Assembly (NCBI GenBank): GCA_016840855.1
Contig: JAEORO010000008.1
Span: 1-50,600, forward strand
DNA from: Candidatus Thorarchaeota archaeon
GTDB lineage: Archaea; Asgardarchaeota; Thorarchaeia; Thorarchaeales; Thorarchaeaceae
Length of the DNA stretch: 50,600 bases
Direction of reading: 5' to 3'
Shown here: piece after piece, positions 19,156 through 28,926 of the stretch
Layout: every line of letters begins with the position of its first letter
How positions within the stretch are numbered: the first letter of the stretch is position 1
Notes under the pieces: model-generated
Told to the model about the DNA's origin: nothing
Database searches by the model: none
What the model saw: the letters and a program-made list of their open reading frames with translations, nothing else
Translations under genes and position numbers: made by a program

Positions 19156-20976
19156 ATGCGCATCGCGATAATTGACAAGTTCAGATGCAGACCAAAAGAC
19201 TGCACTCATGAGTGCCAGCGGTTCTGTCCGCGAGTCAGAACTGGTGATGAGACCGTCATCTTTCCTGATGGCCAGGACAAACCACCAGTCATAGTGGAAT
19301 CTCTATGTTCAGGTGAGGCTATCTGTGTCAAGAAGTGTCCATACAGTGTCATTCGAATCGTTAACCTGCCTGAGGAGCTTGAGAGCGATACTAGCCATCG
19401 CTATAGCGTAAATGGGTTCAAGCTTTTCAGACTCCCCATTCCGAAAGATGGTCAGGTGCTCGGTCTCATTGGACCAAATGGTGTTGGGAAGACAACTGCA
19501 ATACGCATTCTTGCTGGCGAGATGCCTCCAAATCTAGGACGGTTTGATAATCCTCCTGGGTGGGATGAGATTATTCCAGCATTTCGTGGTTCTGAGCTGC
19601 AACCTTTCTTTGAAAAGATTCAGGCTGGTTCACTTGTCCCCATACTGAAACCTCAGAACATCACCGATCTTCCCAAGGTCAAAGACCTTGCAGATAGACC
19701 TATCAGCGAACTTCTGGAATCATCTGACTCATCAGGTCGCTTGAAGGAACTCAAAGATGACATGAACCTTAATGAGATTTGGGACCGACCAATCAAATAT
19801 CTTAGTGGGGGCGAGCTGCAACGAGTCGCAGTAACCGCAGCCATCGTACGTGATGGCGACATCTATTTCTTTGACGAACCGACAGCATACCTTGACGTAC
19901 GAGAACGCCTTCGGATGGCTCGTGCAATTAGGAAGTTGACCTCTCTTGGAAAGACTGTGATTGTTGTAGAGCACGACCTTTCAATTCTCGACTATGTTTC
20001 AGATTTGGTTTGTATGTTCTATGGAAATCCCGGTGTTTATGGAATTGTATCACATCCACATGGAACTCGTGTCGGAGTGAATATCTTTCTTGATGGATTC
20101 ATCCCTGATGAGAACATGCGTTTTCGCGATACAGCGATCTCTTTCAAAGGAATGACTGCGGATGATGACGGGTATCTCTCACGAGAAGCTATGATCGAAT
20201 ACGGGGACATGAGGAAGAGCTTTGAGGACTTCACCCTTGAAATAAAGGGCAGTCGTGTTTCGAAAGGTCAGATTGTTGGCATTCTAGGTCCAAATGGAAT
20301 TGGCAAGACTACGTTTGTTAGGATGCTTGCGGGAGAATTAGATCCTGACGAAGGCGAAGCACCTAAGAAGACGGTCACTGGTTTAGACCTTAAAATCAGT
20401 TACAAACCACAGTACATCCCAACAGATTTTGAAGGTAATCTGAGAATGTATCTTCGGGCAGCTGGTGGCTCTAAGATTGACTCTGCTGATTTCAAAACTT
20501 CAGTGATTAATAAGCTTGAACTTGAACATCTTTTAGAACACCAAATCCAAGACCTTAGCGGAGGCGAATTGCAGAGAGCAGCCATAGCTGCATGTCTTGC
20601 TCGAGAAGCTGACATTTACCTACTTGATGAACCATCTGCATTTCTGGACATTGAACAGAGACTTGCGAGTTCACGTGCCATTCAGAGGATGGTCAGAACC
20701 AGTATGAAGACAGCATTCATAGTTGAGCACTCTATATTGATGGCTGACTATCTTAGTGATAGTCTTGTGGTGTTTGGAGGTATTCCTGGCAGATCTGGTG
20801 TAGCGTCTTCCGTTAGAACACTTCGAAATGGAATGAATATGTTCCTGAAAGAAATGGGTGTGACTTTCAGAAGAGACCCTCAGACTGGACGACCACGGGT
20901 CAACAAGGATGGTTCAAAATTAGACTCGCAGCAGAAGGCATCTGGCGAGTACTACTATGTAGGTAAGGGTGAGTAG
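19156..20976 (+). CDS. rli1: Ribosome recycling ATPase ABCE1/RLI1
   Basis: MRIAIIDKFRCRPKDC...C..FCP...CVKKCP Fe-S domain, two NBDs (GPNGVGKTT, GPNGIGKTT, LSGGELQR twice), C-terminal FRRDP.TGRPRVNK.GS.LD..QK.SGEYYY. True start ATG 19156. Confidence 0.96.
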   Translation: MRIAIIDKFRCRPKDCTHECQRFCPRVRTGDETVIFPDGQDKPPVIVESLCSGEAICVKKCPYSVIRIVNLPEELESDTSHRYSVNGFKLFRLPIPKDGQVLGLIGPNGVGKTTAIRILAGEMPPNLGRFDNPPGWDEIIPAFRGSELQPFFEKIQAGSLVPILKPQNITDLPKVKDLADRPISELLESSDSSGRLKELKDDMNLNEIWDRPIKYLSGGELQRVAVTAAIVRDGDIYFFDEPTAYLDVRERLRMARAIRKLTSLGKTVIVVEHDLSILDYVSDLVCMFYGNPGVYGIVSHPHGTRVGVNIFLDGFIPDENMRFRDTAISFKGMTADDDGYLSREAMIEYGDMRKSFEDFTLEIKGSRVSKGQIVGILGPNGIGKTTFVRMLAGELDPDEGEAPKKTVTGLDLKISYKPQYIPTDFEGNLRMYLRAAGGSKIDSADFKTSVINKLELEHLLEHQIQDLSGGELQRAAIAACLAREADIYLLDEPSAFLDIEQRLASSRAIQRMVRTSMKTAFIVEHSILMADYLSDSLVVFGGIPGRSGVASSVRTLRNGMNMFLKEMGVTFRRDPQTGRPRVNKDGSKLDSQQKASGEYYYVGKGE

Positions 20977-20977
20977 T

Positions 20978-21439
20978 TCAAGAACCCTGAGTATGGTATG
21001 AATGACAAGGTAAAGCCAACTCTGGTGTGTGCCAATAATGTTTGCTAGAACCATTTACAGTGACCCGATTCATATTGCTGCAAAAGACCCATTGACGACG
21101 ATGTACAATGGCTGTTTTTGTGCAATGATTACAATTCTGACAATGTGATGACGGTTTAATACACTGAACAATCTTCTTCTCCTCGTCTGTTGGTCTAATG
21201 TTCAATAAAGGTGGGGATTTGATTGAGGAGTACATCCGAGGAGGTATCGATGCAGCCTTTATCGAATTTACATCTTTCCCTAGTATTTCGGAGAGTAAAC
21301 TGTCTAGATTGATTCTCTTAAGAAATCTAGGACGATTTACAATATAGGAGAGTGGTACAAGACTGAAGAATAGAAGAAGAATCAGGAAGGGTTCTATGAT
21401 CATTGTTATGAAACTCCCCAACGGAGCAATTAGTGCCAT
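20978..21439 (-). CDS. Hypothetical membrane-anchored Cys-rich protein
   Basis: N-terminal hydrophobic helix; C-terminal C..HCQNCNHC...C...C. Confidence 0.55.
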   Translation of the reverse strand: MALIAPLGSFITMIIEPFLILLLFFSLVPLSYIVNRPRFLKRINLDSLLSEILGKDVNSIKAASIPPRMYSSIKSPPLLNIRPTDEEKKIVQCIKPSSHCQNCNHCTKTAIVHRRQWVFCSNMNRVTVNGSSKHYWHTPELALPCHSYHTQGS

Positions 21440-21603
21440 TGTTATAAATTCTGTGGAGTTTCATGTGCTTTGAGCAGTTTGGATATTTCCACCCCGCTTG
21501 GTTATTGCCAATCTTGGAGTCTTCTTAGTCCGCGAAAGCGTTATTTTTCCGGCAATGGAACCCTTTTTCTTTTCGGTACTGCAATAAAGACAGGTATTGC
21601 TTT

Positions 21604-22428
21604 CTATCTTAGTTTTCGACTCCAGTGCTTTTTGTCTGCTTTCTCCAAGTCCATTTCAGCCAATATTTTCACTGCCTCATTTCCACACTTGATTACTTCT
21701 GTTTCTCCTTTCACTGCAAATTCATCACGTACTCTGTTTGCGTATACTGCACATGCTGCACCTGTCCTGAATCCGTAAATGTTGCCCAGTGTGAAAAGCG
21801 TCGCTGCTTCCATCTCGAAATTGGCCACGTTAGAACTTGTGAGGTCTTTGATTAGGGTTTCACTCATGTTTTGTGTATAGCCCCCGAAACCAGGACGAGA
21901 TTGTCCAAGATAGAAGGAGTCAGTTGAGGCTGAGATTCCAAGATGATATTTAACTCCAAGAGTTTCTGCTGCTTCTATAAATGCTAGAATGATCTCATAG
22001 GATGCTGCTGCTGGATATTCAGGTCTTACATACTGCTTGCTTGTGCCCTCTAAACGAACAGCAGCAGTTGAGATGATGATGTCACCAATTTCAATCTCTT
22101 CTTTCAAAGTTGCACATGAACCAACGCGAAGAAATGTATCTGCTCCAACATTTGCTAATTCTTCGACTACAATAGCTGTTCCCGGACCGCCAATACCTGT
22201 TGAACATGCTGAAATATCTGCACCTTTGAATTTTCCAGTGTGTGTGACGAACTGCCTGTGAACAGCTACTTCCCTTGCCTTATCCCAGAGCGAGCTAATT
22301 CTCTCTACCCTTTGAGGGTCTCCAGGAAGAAGCACGGACTTTGCCACATCACCCTCCTTCAGTTCAAGGTGATACTGCTCTCTCTTTTCTGTGGTTGGTC
22401 GCGTTGCAGAAATCTTCTTGTTAGTCAT
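21604..22428 (-). CDS. udp: Uridine phosphorylase
   Basis: QYHL, LLPGDPQR, STGIGGP, EEL, RVGSC, DSFYLGQ.R, NFEME. Confidence 0.9.
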   Translation of the reverse strand: MTNKKISATRPTTEKREQYHLELKEGDVAKSVLLPGDPQRVERISSLWDKAREVAVHRQFVTHTGKFKGADISACSTGIGGPGTAIVVEELANVGADTFLRVGSCATLKEEIEIGDIIISTAAVRLEGTSKQYVRPEYPAAASYEIILAFIEAAETLGVKYHLGISASTDSFYLGQSRPGFGGYTQNMSETLIKDLTSSNVANFEMEAATLFTLGNIYGFRTGAACAVYANRVRDEFAVKGETEVIKCGNEAVKILAEMDLEKADKKHWSRKLR

Positions 22429-22538
22429 ATGAAATCACCTCTATCAGGCGTCAACACAACGATTTGTTACTTTCGTATCACTCGCTAAGCATATAGGGGA
22501 AAGCATCTTCTAGTGAAGAATGTTTGGAGTCAATTAAC

Positions 22539-23435
22539 ATGTCAAAGCTCGACGATTTACACCATCTGAATTTGGGAAAGCGGACACGACTTCATAGAAT
22601 GATGTATGAACATGGTCCTGGAAATGGAAAACTCCTGATATTGCCCATTGATCAAGGGCTGGAGCACGGTCCAGTTGATTTCTTCACTGAGCATGATTGT
22701 CTGAATCCAGAATATCAGTTCAGACTTGCAGTGGAAGGAGGATATTCCGCCATAGCCTTGCATTTAGGGTTGGCTGAAAAGTATGGTCCTAAATTTGCTG
22801 GAAAGATACCTATCGTACTAAAAATCAATGGAAAGACACGTATCCCTCCTGCAAATGAACCAGTATCACCGATGACCGGATCAGTAGAAGACGCTGTCCG
22901 AATTGGTGCTGATGCTGTTGGATACACACTTTACGTAGGAAGTCCAAAACAACATATCGACTTCACACAGTTTCGAAAAGTAAAGAAAGATGCTGAACGT
23001 TATGGAATGCCAATAATTGTTTGGGCATATCCAAGAGGCGATGCTGTTGAGGCAAGAGGAGGTCGTGACTCTTTATATGCGATAGATTATGCGGCTAGGG
23101 TGGCGAATGAACTTGGAGCTGATATTGTCAAGCTCAATGTGCCAATGACGAGCGCAAAGAGTAGGTCTATACAGCCACCGCCCTATGACACACTCAACCT
23201 CAGTACTGAGGAAATGGTGGCAAAAGTGGTGCGTTCAGCAGGCAAGGCATTGGTCATGTTTTCAGGAGGCGGAATGGTAACTGATGATGAAGTCATCGAA
23301 CGCGCTAAGATATGTATAGAACAAGGTGCTTCTGGACTGATCTTTGGTCGGAATCTATGGCAAAGGGACTGGGATGATGCTCTGAAGATGACCAAGACCC
23401 TCAAGGACATCATTTTGCAGGTCAAAGAATCATAA
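22539..23435 (+). CDS. fbaB: Class I fructose-bisphosphate aldolase (DhnA/FbaB-type)
   Basis: LPIDQGLEHGP, GADAVGYTLYVGS, VWAYPRG, ELGADIVK (Schiff-base Lys), SGG, IFGRNLWQ; likely start ATG 22539. Confidence 0.9.
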   Translation: MSKLDDLHHLNLGKRTRLHRMMYEHGPGNGKLLILPIDQGLEHGPVDFFTEHDCLNPEYQFRLAVEGGYSAIALHLGLAEKYGPKFAGKIPIVLKINGKTRIPPANEPVSPMTGSVEDAVRIGADAVGYTLYVGSPKQHIDFTQFRKVKKDAERYGMPIIVWAYPRGDAVEARGGRDSLYAIDYAARVANELGADIVKLNVPMTSAKSRSIQPPPYDTLNLSTEEMVAKVVRSAGKALVMFSGGGMVTDDEVIERAKICIEQGASGLIFGRNLWQRDWDDALKMTKTLKDIILQVKES

Positions 23436-23552
23436 TTCCCATTTGCGTGCTTTTGCCTCAGATAAGAACTATTATATGGGTAAAGAATAGCCGAAGGACA
23501 CAGCGAGCTTCTGTTCTGGAGCTCTACTATCAAGATACGGAGCGAGTTTCTG

Positions 23553-24701
23553 ATGGTTGAAACTACCATTAGCGTAATTAAAGCAGATATTGGGTCACTG
23601 GCTGGTCATGTCATCGTACCTGATTTTCTATTCGAATTAGCACGAAGAGAGTTGAAAGAGGCAGTCGATAAGAAAATCATCAAAGACTTCCATGTTGCTA
23701 ATGCTGGTGACGATCTCGAATTAATAATGACTCACAATAAAGGTGAGGGTGCTGAGGACGTTCACAAGCTAGCTTGGGAAACCTTCATGAAGGGTACTGA
23801 GCTTGCTCGTGAAAAGAAAATCTATGCAGCTGGGCAGGACATGCTTGCTGACACCTTTAGTGGTAATGTGAAAGGAATGGGTCCTGGCTCAGCAGAGATG
23901 GTGATTGAAGAACGCCGATCTGAACCTATTGCAGTATTTATGGCTGACAAGACAGAACCAGGTGCATTCAACCTTCCACTCTACAGAATATTTGCTGATC
24001 CATTCAACACTGCAGGTCTTGTTATTGACCCTAATCTTCACGATGGTTTTAGATTCATCATTCAGGACATTATGAAGGATGTTCCCTGTTTCATTGATAT
24101 GAAAACACCCGAGGAGTCTTACGATGTTCTTGCACTTCTTGGAAGCACAGGTCGTTATACAATAAAGAAGATCTATCGTGCAGATGGAATGATCACAGCA
24201 TCAGTCAGTACTGACAAACTGCATGCTGTTGCTGGTAAGTATGTTGGCAAAGATGACCCTGTAGCAATTGTTAGGGCTCACTCAGGACTTCCTGCAATGG
24301 GTGAAGTACTTGAAGGATTCACTTTACCACATCTGGTTGCAGGGTGGATGCGTGGATCACACGCAGGACCACTTCTTCCTGTAAGCCTCAAAGACTCACG
24401 ATGCACTCGGTTTGATGGTCCTCCACGTGTTGTCGGACTTGGATTTCAAGTTGCCAATGGCATGCTTGTTGGCCCTGTAGACCTATTCGACGATGTGGCA
24501 TTCGATATCACACGACAAAGAGGTATGGAGATTGCTGATTACCTAAGACGCACTGGCCCCTTCCAACCTCATCGACTTGGTGAGCATGAGATGGAATACA
24601 CCACCTTACCAAAAGTACTCACACGATGTGAGAATCGGTTTGTTGAGGAAGAGATCGTGCCCAAAGGTACGGCCAAAGATACCTCTAGCTCAGCAGAGTA
24701 A
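23553..24701 (+). CDS. fbp: Bifunctional FBP aldolase/phosphatase (FBPase class V)
   Basis: ISVIKADIG, GDD, YAAGQD, FSGNVKGMGPG, ADKTEPGAFN, ADPFNTAGL, GKYVGKDDP (catalytic Tyr/Lys), GWMRGSH, EMEYTTLP. Confidence 0.95.
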   Translation: MVETTISVIKADIGSLAGHVIVPDFLFELARRELKEAVDKKIIKDFHVANAGDDLELIMTHNKGEGAEDVHKLAWETFMKGTELAREKKIYAAGQDMLADTFSGNVKGMGPGSAEMVIEERRSEPIAVFMADKTEPGAFNLPLYRIFADPFNTAGLVIDPNLHDGFRFIIQDIMKDVPCFIDMKTPEESYDVLALLGSTGRYTIKKIYRADGMITASVSTDKLHAVAGKYVGKDDPVAIVRAHSGLPAMGEVLEGFTLPHLVAGWMRGSHAGPLLPVSLKDSRCTRFDGPPRVVGLGFQVANGMLVGPVDLFDDVAFDITRQRGMEIADYLRRTGPFQPHRLGEHEMEYTTLPKVLTRCENRFVEEEIVPKGTAKDTSSSAE

Positions 24702-24760
24702 GAGAGAGTAGGACATTCCGTTCCTTTCTTGCATATGAAAAATAGGAAGTAGGTGCCTAG

Positions 24761-25051
24761 CTAACCAGTCCTCTTGATGATGTGATAACCGAACTCCGTT
24801 TTCACTGGCTCTCGTGTCATCGCTCCAACACTCAGCGCAAACGCAGCCCTTTCAAACTCAGGCACCATCTGCCCTTTAGTGAACCAACCTAGGTCTCCGC
24901 CTCTCTTTTTCGAAGAGCAGGAGCTATATTGCTTTGCTATTTGTCCAAAATCCTCGCCCTCTGCAATCCGGGTAATCAATGCGAGGGCTTGACTGTGCTT
25001 GTCTACCAAGATATGGCTTGCACGAATCTTGCCACCTTTTCCTTTCGACAT
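24761..25051 (-). CDS. ppiC: Parvulin-type peptidyl-prolyl cis-trans isomerase
   Basis: IRASHILV, GGDLGWF..GQMVPEFE.AAF, PVKTEFGYHII; likely start MSKGKGGK at 25051. Confidence 0.92.
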   Translation of the reverse strand: MSKGKGGKIRASHILVDKHSQALALITRIAEGEDFGQIAKQYSSCSSKKRGGDLGWFTKGQMVPEFERAAFALSVGAMTREPVKTEFGYHIIKRTG

Positions 25052-25175
25052 GAAAATCACCTTGAGTGCGAAGTTCACAAATATATGCACTTTCTTAAAC
25101 TTGTCCGATGATTCACCAAACCGAGATTTTATGTCGAGTCAAGTTATTACCTAGATTCTTGAAGGTTGATGCTAA

Positions 25176-26216
25176 ATGAAAGCAACAGTATTCCACGAGC
25201 ATGGTCCTTCGGAAGTGTTGAAGTATGAAGATTTTCCTGACCCAGAAACGGGTCCTGACCAAGTGCTTGTAGATGTAAAAGCAGTGGCGCTTAATCATCT
25301 TGACCTATTTGTGCGAGGTGGGATTCCTGGTCTCAAACTGGAGATGCCCCACATTCTCGGCAGTGACATATCTGGAGAGGTTAAGGAGGTAGGAAGCAAA
25401 ATCAAAGCAGACTTTCAGCCTGGTCAAAAAGTTGTCATTGACCCAGGCAGTTCTTGTGGGGTGTGTGAGTATTGTATCCGTGGAGAAGAGTCACTTTGTG
25501 CTGATTATGGAATCATTGGAGAGCACTATCGTGGAGGGTATGCAGATCTCATTTCAGTTGACGCTCAAAATGTAATCTCTATCCCTGAAAATACCAAGCT
25601 CGACTTCAATCAAGCAGCTGCTGCTCCGTTGACCTTTATGACAGCATGGCGTATGTTGATATCTAAAGCGCGAATAAGACCAGGTGATGATGTATTGGTA
25701 CTTGGGATTGGGGGAGGAGTGGCTATTGCTGCGCTCCAGATTGCTAAGCTTGCAGGAGCTCGTGTGATTGTTACAAGTTCTTCTGATGAGAAGTTAGAAA
25801 AAGCAATTGATCTGGGTGCTTCAGTTGGGATAAATCATCGTGATAATCCAGACTTTCACAAGGAAGTATGGAAACTAACAAATCGTCGAGGCGTGGACAT
25901 TGTGGTTGATTCCGTCGGAGAAGCTACTTGGGAAAAAAGCCTTAGAAGTCTAACAAAAGGTGGGCGATTAGTTACTTGTGGAGCGACATCTGGTCCAAAT
26001 GCAATAACTAATGTCAACTTGGTATTCTGGAAACAACTCGAAATAATGGGTTCAACAATGGGGAGTCGTTCAGAACTTCGTGATGTCCTGAAGCTTGTTT
26101 GGAATGATGAGCTTAAACCGATTGTGGATCGTGTTTTACCTCTATCTAAAGCTAAAACTGCTCATGAGGTGCTAGAAAGAGGTGCGCAATTCGGTAAGAT
26201 TGTCCTAAAACCATGA
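25176..26216 (+). CDS. Zinc-binding dehydrogenase / quinone reductase-like (MDR family)
   Basis: HGPSEVL, LNHLD, PHILGSD, CGVCEYC..C, GIGGGVA, QFGKIVL. Confidence 0.9.
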   Translation: MKATVFHEHGPSEVLKYEDFPDPETGPDQVLVDVKAVALNHLDLFVRGGIPGLKLEMPHILGSDISGEVKEVGSKIKADFQPGQKVVIDPGSSCGVCEYCIRGEESLCADYGIIGEHYRGGYADLISVDAQNVISIPENTKLDFNQAAAAPLTFMTAWRMLISKARIRPGDDVLVLGIGGGVAIAALQIAKLAGARVIVTSSSDEKLEKAIDLGASVGINHRDNPDFHKEVWKLTNRRGVDIVVDSVGEATWEKSLRSLTKGGRLVTCGATSGPNAITNVNLVFWKQLEIMGSTMGSRSELRDVLKLVWNDELKPIVDRVLPLSKAKTAHEVLERGAQFGKIVLKP

Positions 26217-26297
26217 CCTACCTAGTAATACCCTGATACGCATCACAATCAGACACCCTTTCAAAATGTCCTTTGTATTGGAATATCTTGGTGTAGA

Positions 26298-26525
26298 ATG
26301 AGAGTCGTCACGATATGTCTCCCAGAGTCCTACGTTGAAGGTGTGGACGAACTAATTGTCCAGAACAAATACCCCAATCGATCAGAAGTCATTAGAATTG
26401 CTATACGTGATTTACTTGTTGATGAGCTCTGGGGTGATCGTAAGCCCTCTAACAATCTGCCTCTTGTTGCACAACTTCAGAAACTTACACAAGTGCAGGA
26501 CCTGCAAACTCAGCCGTCAAGGTAG
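26298..26525 (+). CDS. Ribbon-helix-helix (CopG/Arc/MetJ) transcriptional regulator
   Basis: MRVVTICLPE..V..VDELI....YPNRSEVIRIAIRDLL. Confidence 0.88.
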   Translation: MRVVTICLPESYVEGVDELIVQNKYPNRSEVIRIAIRDLLVDELWGDRKPSNNLPLVAQLQKLTQVQDLQTQPSR

Positions 26526-26622
26526 ATACAACTGAGCTAACTTTTTCTACAACTACATACTACAAATGCAAGAGCAAGACGGGGACAAGTATTGCTCTCT
26601 CTTGATTAGGAGCTATGCGAAT

Positions 26623-27204
26623 ATGTCAAGATTCTTCCGACGAAAAAAGAAAGATGATGAAGAAACTGAGTCAAGACCTGAGGACGATATCGCCACTGAA
26701 ATTAAAGAAGAAGTTCCAACTGAAGCTGAAGTGATTGAAGAAAAAGAAGAAGAAAAAGTCATGGAACCTGCTACCTTAGAGCCTGCACCAGAAGGCAGAG
26801 AGGATACAATCCCGTATCATGACTCGATTCAAGCTCGTTTGGTGTACATGCTTAACGATCCCGTTATGGCTGATGGTCTTGAGGGAACACACGAGTTCAT
26901 GCTCGAGTTCATGGCTATGGGTGAAAGGTTCTGGATAGCAAAAGCTCCACTCGGACAGATTGAATCCAAAGTTGGTAAAGCAACGGATGAGGATGCGCAC
27001 ATTAGAATCTCGAATGATGCGGTTGCTGAATTGCTTAATGCAGCAACTTTCTCCCATTTCTCAAAAATCTACTTGAAATACTACAAGGCCTCTGAAGCTG
27101 GAAAATTTATCAAGATTGAAGCACGAAAGCCAATCACTGATTTGAACCGAAGAGGATATGCTCGGGTTCCGGTCTTGAAGTTACTTATTGGTGCTGCAAG
27201 ATAA
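26623..27204 (+). CDS. Hypothetical protein: basic N-terminus, acidic linker, possible SCP2-like C-terminal domain
   Basis: MSRFFRRKKK, E-rich linker, then alpha/beta domain (FMLEF...ERFWI...DAHIRISND..ELL); start at ATG 26623 inferred. Confidence 0.65.
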   Translation: MSRFFRRKKKDDEETESRPEDDIATEIKEEVPTEAEVIEEKEEEKVMEPATLEPAPEGREDTIPYHDSIQARLVYMLNDPVMADGLEGTHEFMLEFMAMGERFWIAKAPLGQIESKVGKATDEDAHIRISNDAVAELLNAATFSHFSKIYLKYYKASEAGKFIKIEARKPITDLNRRGYARVPVLKLLIGAAR

Positions 27205-27288
27205 ACTGACCCACCTGACTGACATTTCATACTAGCAATAGTTTAAAATTGGGTGTTATGTCCCTTCATGTGTTCAGGGGGTCATACC

Positions 27289-27972
27289 TTGTCTAGAATC
27301 AAGACTCCAGTAGTCATAATTAATTTCAAGACATATTCTCAAGCGACTGGTGAGAATGCAGTTGCACTTGCGAAAATGTGCGAGTCTGTTTCGCAAGAAT
27401 ATGATGTGCCAATCGTAGTTGCTCCTCAAATTACCGATCTTTTCAGAATCGCTCAGGCTGTTGATATTCCTGTGTTTTCTCAACATATGGATCCTGGAGA
27501 ACAAGGAAGATTCACTGGCCATGTTTTAGGAGAAGCCCTTGTTGAGGCTGGTTGTTCTGGAACACTTCTCAATCATTCTGAGAACAGGATGCAACTTGCA
27601 GATGTTGAGATGGCAGTGACAAAATCACAAAAGCTGAAACTATACACGGTTGTGTGCACTAATAATCCCGCGGTAAGCGTCGCAGCGGCTACCATGAAAC
27701 CAAACTCAGTAGCAGTGGAACCCCCGGAACTCATTGGTACAGGAATCTCGGTTTCTCAAGCCCAACCTGAGGTGATTAGCGGAACTGTTGAGCTGATTCG
27801 GCGTGTAAACAAGGATGTTGTCATACTTTGTGGAGCTGGTATCAGTAATGGGGATGATGTGTCTGCAGCTATTCAGCTAGGGTCCCAAGGAGTCCTTCTA
27901 GCTTCAGCTGTAGCAAAGTCCGACAAGCCTATTGAAGTCCTCAAGAGTCTCATAGGTCCCTTACGGAAATAG
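27289..27972 (+). CDS. tpiA: Triosephosphate isomerase (archaeal type)
   Basis: INFKTY, SQH.D, GRFTGH, LLNHSE, AVEPPELIGTG, LCGAGIS, GVLLAS; likely TTG start 27289 (ORF from 27253). Confidence 0.95.
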   Translation: MSRIKTPVVIINFKTYSQATGENAVALAKMCESVSQEYDVPIVVAPQITDLFRIAQAVDIPVFSQHMDPGEQGRFTGHVLGEALVEAGCSGTLLNHSENRMQLADVEMAVTKSQKLKLYTVVCTNNPAVSVAAATMKPNSVAVEPPELIGTGISVSQAQPEVISGTVELIRRVNKDVVILCGAGISNGDDVSAAIQLGSQGVLLASAVAKSDKPIEVLKSLIGPLRK

Positions 27973-28009
27973 AACATTCCGTATGGTTTTTCACCCATCA
28001 TAAAACGCT

Positions 28010-28921
28010 GTGAGTAGGCGAGTCAATTTGAAGGTGACCTTGGAATGTGCTCACTGCTTGCTCGAGAGAGCAGTCAACCAGGTGAAGCTAGCTACTAATG
28101 ACCAAAATCTTAGAATGAGAGTAATTGAGGCTATGACCCAATTCCTTAGTGAGAACTTCAATAGTGATGCAGTTCCGAGTCATATTGGTACTGACAGAGA
28201 CCTGCTTGTCCAGAAAATGACTGGTAATGATCCCTATAGAAACCTTAAGCATCAGTCTAATGAACTAGCACTGAACATTCTACCAGAACTCCAGAAGCTT
28301 GTAGATGAGCATGATGATCCGAAAAAACGATTTCGTACAGCCACTTTGATTACAGCAGCTGCTAATGCAATTGAGTTTGATGTATCCGGTCGTGAGTTCA
28401 GTCTTGATGAGCTACGTGGTATTCTTGACAATGTTGAAACAGACCTTGTGATTGATCAAGTTGATGAATTCAGAGCAATCCTTGATAATGTGGATGAAGT
28501 TCTCTATCTAATGGATAATGCTGGTGAACTCGTATTAGACATGATTTTAATCCGAGAGATTAAGCGCTATGGTGTAAAAGTTGTTGCTGTTGTAAAGGGC
28601 GGGCCAGTACTAAATGATGCGACAATGATTGACGCTGATGAAGTTGGACTATCTGAGTGTGCCGATGAAGTACAAGATACTGGCACAGCTGCAATCGGAG
28701 TGAATTTGGAGCGTGCATCTGAAGAGTTCAAGAAGTTGCTCTCATCTGCAAGCCTAATCATCGCAAAGGGCATGGGTAATTATGAATCACTGACAGAGGT
28801 TGAGCCATCATGTCCAACTATCCATATTATGCGGACAAAGTGTAACCCTGTTGCACAGCATGTGGGTGTACCCAGGAATAAGAATGTCGTCTTAATACGA
28901 ATGCCAAAAGTTAGCATCTAG
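28010..28921 (+). CDS. DUF89/ARMT1-like damage-control phosphatase
   Basis: ECAHC, DPY..LK..SN, ANAIEF, YLMDNAGE...D, PVLNDAT, IAKGMGNYESL, KC. Confidence 0.9.
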   Translation: MSRRVNLKVTLECAHCLLERAVNQVKLATNDQNLRMRVIEAMTQFLSENFNSDAVPSHIGTDRDLLVQKMTGNDPYRNLKHQSNELALNILPELQKLVDEHDDPKKRFRTATLITAAANAIEFDVSGREFSLDELRGILDNVETDLVIDQVDEFRAILDNVDEVLYLMDNAGELVLDMILIREIKRYGVKVVAVVKGGPVLNDATMIDADEVGLSECADEVQDTGTAAIGVNLERASEEFKKLLSSASLIIAKGMGNYESLTEVEPSCPTIHIMRTKCNPVAQHVGVPRNKNVVLIRMPKVSI

Positions 28922-28926
28922 CTGGG

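Noticed and set aside
21440-21603. Intergenic gap or ORF 21470..21778 as a hidden gene or ncRNA
   Set aside because: No C/D boxes, convincing stem or coding motif; the ORF overlaps udp antisense.
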